NCBI GenBank assembly: GCA_030390025.1
Contig: CM059425.1
Coordinates: 167,092,001 to 167,156,000 of the forward strand
DNA from: Squalus acanthias
Lineage: Eukaryota
Length of the DNA stretch: 64,000 nt
Direction of reading: 5' to 3'
Shown: in pieces, positions 60,456 through 64,000 of the stretch
Position numbering within the stretch: position 1 is the first letter of the stretch
Layout of the letters: each line of letters begins with the position of its first letter
Notes under the pieces: model-generated
The model's database searches: none
What the model was told of the DNA's origin: nothing
What the model saw: the letters and a program-made list of their open reading frames with translations, nothing else
Program-made: the position numbers and the translations under genes

Positions 60456-61079
60456 TCAGGTACATATCTAAGAAATTATCTGATCTGATCTGTTAACCTA
60501 TTCACCCAACTCTAAAGGAAATGCTAGCAGAGTCGGAGACAGGGGCTTGAATTTTCCCATTGCCGAGCGTGCGGGTTTGGGGGCGGGTCAGCAGTAAAAA
60601 TCCCCGAAATTGCCAGCACGTCGGAAACCCACCGTCATCCACCGCCTCGCGCATTTAACTCGGGCGGCTTTGAAGGTGCGCCATGTACCGCTTGGCAGAG
60701 GCGGGCGACCTCATTCAAGTAATTAGCTACTTGTTGAGAGACCCTTAAGAGGATTTTTAACACCAGCTTTTGACTTTAACTGCCGGAGCATGGGATTCAC
60801 ACAGCTCGGGAACCTTGCCTGTGAAGGGGAGGCGGAAGCTCAGTGGCCATTGGCGAGTCCATTCATTGAGAGCTGGGAGAAGCACATAAATACTCCCACA
60901 TTATACCTCATTACTTTGCTCATGGAAGGCTCTTGCTGACTCCACAGGTTCAGGTGTCAGCAGTTTGTATGTCATTTCTGCAACCTCAGAAGCCACTCTC
61001 ACCACATTGCTACTCAGTACCAGAACATTGAGGGATTCGCCCTCTGATCTCCACTTTACCTGCCATCTGCTACATCAGC

Positions 61080-62220
61080 ATGGGTGCCGCTTATACTGTC
61101 TCACCTTGATCCTCAGAATCAGATCAAGATGAGCCCCAGCACAAGCAGCAGCAGCCACAACAACAGCCTTCTCCTCAATGACCTGATGCTCCACAGGAGA
61201 GAGGGGGGCACCACAAAGCTGCACCATGCCAGAGACAATACCCCCAACACAGGGTATACAGGCAGAGGATGAGCTTCCTCAACATGACTCAGCAGCAGTG
61301 CTTCAGGAGGCTCAGGCTATCGTGCCCGGTTGTCACAGACATTTGTAGCTTGCTGGAACAAGACCTGCTACACACCTGCTACACACCTTACCAGTGGCTG
61401 TCAAAGTCACCACTGTCCTCAACTTCTTCGCCTCAGGATTATTCCAGGTATCTGCAGTAGACATTTGCGCAATCCCACAGTCGTACGCCCACAGATGCAT
61501 CACCCAGGTGACCGATGCCATGTTTCACAAGTCAGCCAATTATGTCAACTTTGCCACTGATGAAGCCAGTGTTACTGAGCGGGCGTTCGGCTTTGCAGCT
61601 CTGGCTGACCTCCCACAGGTGCAGGGCGTCATCGACTGCACACATGTGGCCATCAGGGCACCCCATCATCACCCAGGAGTGTTTGTGAACCGCAAGGTCT
61701 TCCACTCCCTCAATGTGCAGCTCGTCTGCAACCATAAAAAGATCATCATGCATGTGTGTGCCAGATTCCTTGGCAGCTGACATAACTCTTTTGTGCTGCA
61801 CCAGTCCACCCTCCCTTAGCTCTTCGCTCCTCCAAACAGACTTAACGGCTGGTTGCTTGGAGACAAGGGCTATCCACTGAAGACGTGGCTCATGACACCG
61901 TTGAGGACACCAAGTACTAAGGCCGAGGAGCGTTACAATGAGAGCCACATGTCCACCAAATGTGTCCTACAGCAAGCAATAGGCATGCTGAAGATACACT
62001 TCAGAATCATCGTTGTTTGTTGCGCGCTGCACAATACAGTGCAGCAGCGAGGATTGGAGCTGCAGGAGGAGCAAGGCACAGAGCGCACAGCCTCTTCAGA
62101 GGAGGAGGAGGAGCAGGTGGAAGATGAGGAGGATGAGGAGGAACCTGAGGTGGAGATGGCACCAGCAGAGGTGCACATTGCTGCCCGGAGGCCCTCATCA
62201 TGGCCAGATTTACTTAACTT
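61080..62220 (+). pseudogene. Harbinger DDE transposase, frameshifted
   Basis: [47 protein letters not shown]. Confidence 0.9.
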
Positions 62221-62405
62221 GCTCCAATGCACCCATATAGCTGCCACATGCTGGACTACGTTTCCCACCCCCAACTACACCATAAAGCATCCCTACAATG
62301 ACCAAGCCATTGCTCCCACCCAAACCCCCACTGCTTGAGGTTAAGTAATGTCTTACCATTCACTCCTAGTGACAAAGCCACTTCCAAGGTAGCAGGCATC
62401 TACTT

Positions 62406-63650
62406 TTATATCTTTTTTCTTTTCCGAGTGCTTCTGCGAGGTGCAACCCCTGGGGCTTCAGCAGAAGTAGTTGCAGACTGCTCACTTCCCTGCTGCGACT
62501 GCTTAGACACTTTTAGCAGACGTCCTCTGGGCTTTGGAGCCTGTGAGAGCCCCGCCAAAGACTGGTCCTCCTGCAACTGTGCAGGGGCAGACTCGGCCAT
62601 CAGGATCTGAGGAAGCATCTGGGGCGCTGACTGAGGGGGAGGCAATGAGGGAGAAGTGGGAGAGCTTTGAGAAGAGCCCACACTTCCATGTCCCCTCTCA
62701 CCATCATCCCTCTCATGGGCCACCCGCACTTCCCTGCCAGCAAGGAGCTGGAGAGCATCTTGCTGCACATCACTGGGGCAATGAAGGCCCAAGTTTACGT
62801 TTACATCCCTCTAAAGGAGGTCTATGAGCGTCTGCCATCTGTTGGCCACAGCTAGCATGTGCTCATGTGACTGGCGCATTTGCTGCTCTATGCAGGTGGC
62901 CATCCTTTCCATGGAACAGCACATCATCGCCATCACCTGCGCCATGGTGGCGCTCATGTTGGAGATGGACTCCTCAATTCTCTGCACATTTGCAAAAGCT
63001 GCCCGAGCCTCATGTAATTGTAGTTGACTCTCCAAGGTCATCCTCTTTGTCGATGGCCCCCGAGGCTCAGTGTCTGCATGCAACTCAGCATAGCTTGGAG
63101 CGTCCTGCTCCCTCCAGCGAGGAGTCTCCACTGCAGTCCCTGTCAACTCCATCTGCTCCTGCTCACTTGTGAAGTGTGAGACACCAGGTGACAACACTAC
63201 TCTATGTCTCGCTGGACCCTCTAAGGTGTGCGTATCTGCGCTGATGCTGGGTGCACTTGGGTTTGCTGACGCTGCACCCTCAGAGGCTGGAGCTTCCTCT
63301 GAGGAGTCGTCTTCCTCCTCTGGCTGGACTGTGGGGCGGGGGGGTTGGGCACTTGATGGACCTGTGCGAGAGTAAAGAGATGAATTAGAAGTGTTACATT
63401 AAGAATGGGTAACGTTACCATTATGCACATAATGAAAATTCACTGGCTGCTGACAACATCAGTTAGCATATGAGTGAATGTTGTATGCCATGTGGCTGTA
63501 TGAGATATGATTCTGTCACCAAGTTGCTGGGTTGTCCCCCTCTCTCCATCTCCCACCGCCAGCAGCTCTACAACTCGCGTTATCGCCAGGGCCCCCTCCT
63601 CTGCTGGAGTCAGTTGCGTGTCTCCCACGTGTTCTGGGCTCTTTTCTCCT
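62406..63650 (-). pseudogene. Harbinger Myb-partner gene, exons 2-3
   Basis: homologous to 33200-34520 (QLTPAEEGAL..VGDGE; MAESAPAQ..APKPRG). Confidence 0.8.
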
Positions 63651-64000
63651 GCAAGGAGGGAAAGAAGAGAACTTTGAGTGAGAGTGATGGAATGAGTGTA
63701 AGGAATGGATAGGTTACATCTGTAGAGGTTGACTATGAGGGAGTGGGGTGCCAATGCCAAATGGCCTCCTATTGTGGTGTTACTTGCTATGATTGGATTA
63801 GGATGAGGGAGAGTGTGAGGGGCGGTTAGTCAGATGGGGATGTGAGTATGTACATAGAGAGAGAGGGATGGGTGGACGTGGAAGTTATATTGTTGTGAGG
63901 AATGATGTGCAGGAGTAGGCTTGGGAAGGCAGAGTGATGGGGATGTGGTGACAGGCACATCAACAACAACAACAATAACTTGGATTTATAGAAACATAGA

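Larger units (their letters stand above)
60542..63960. mobile_element. PIF/Harbinger transposon with convergent transposase (+) and Myb gene (-), decayed
   Basis: terminus GGGGCTTGAATTTT; both genes recognisable; right part interrupted near the window end. Confidence 0.85.

Overview
Vertebrate intergenic or intronic DNA made almost entirely of transposable elements. The repeat families (CR1 LINEs, Penelope elements with mini-hammerheads, Deu-type SINE, PIF/Harbinger) suggest a cartilaginous fish; this is an inference. No host exon could be supported. The centrepiece is a young, nearly intact 12.8-kb provirus on the minus strand (18700-31507). It has 1.7-kb LTRs differing at about 7 sites, a 4-bp TSD (CAAT), and a tRNA-Arg PBS that overlaps the gag start codon. 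Gag has a coiled coil, a PSAPPSY late domain and a CCHC knuckle. Gag-pol is joined by an in-frame UGA-CUAG readthrough. Pol is PR-RT-dead RNaseH-active RNaseH-IN. Env resembles a paramyxo/pneumovirus-type F protein and, once a single frameshift is repaired, carries an Ig-like domain at its N-terminus. This architecture matches lokiretroviruses. A second, divergent RNaseH-integrase relic lies at about 54-55.4 kb. Also present: a 2.7-kb near-perfect Penelope fold-back palindrome with a 12-bp TSD and two hammerhead ribozymes, nested Harbinger elements and MITEs, an RTE LINE, CR1/L2 fragments and three G-rich minisatellite expansions.
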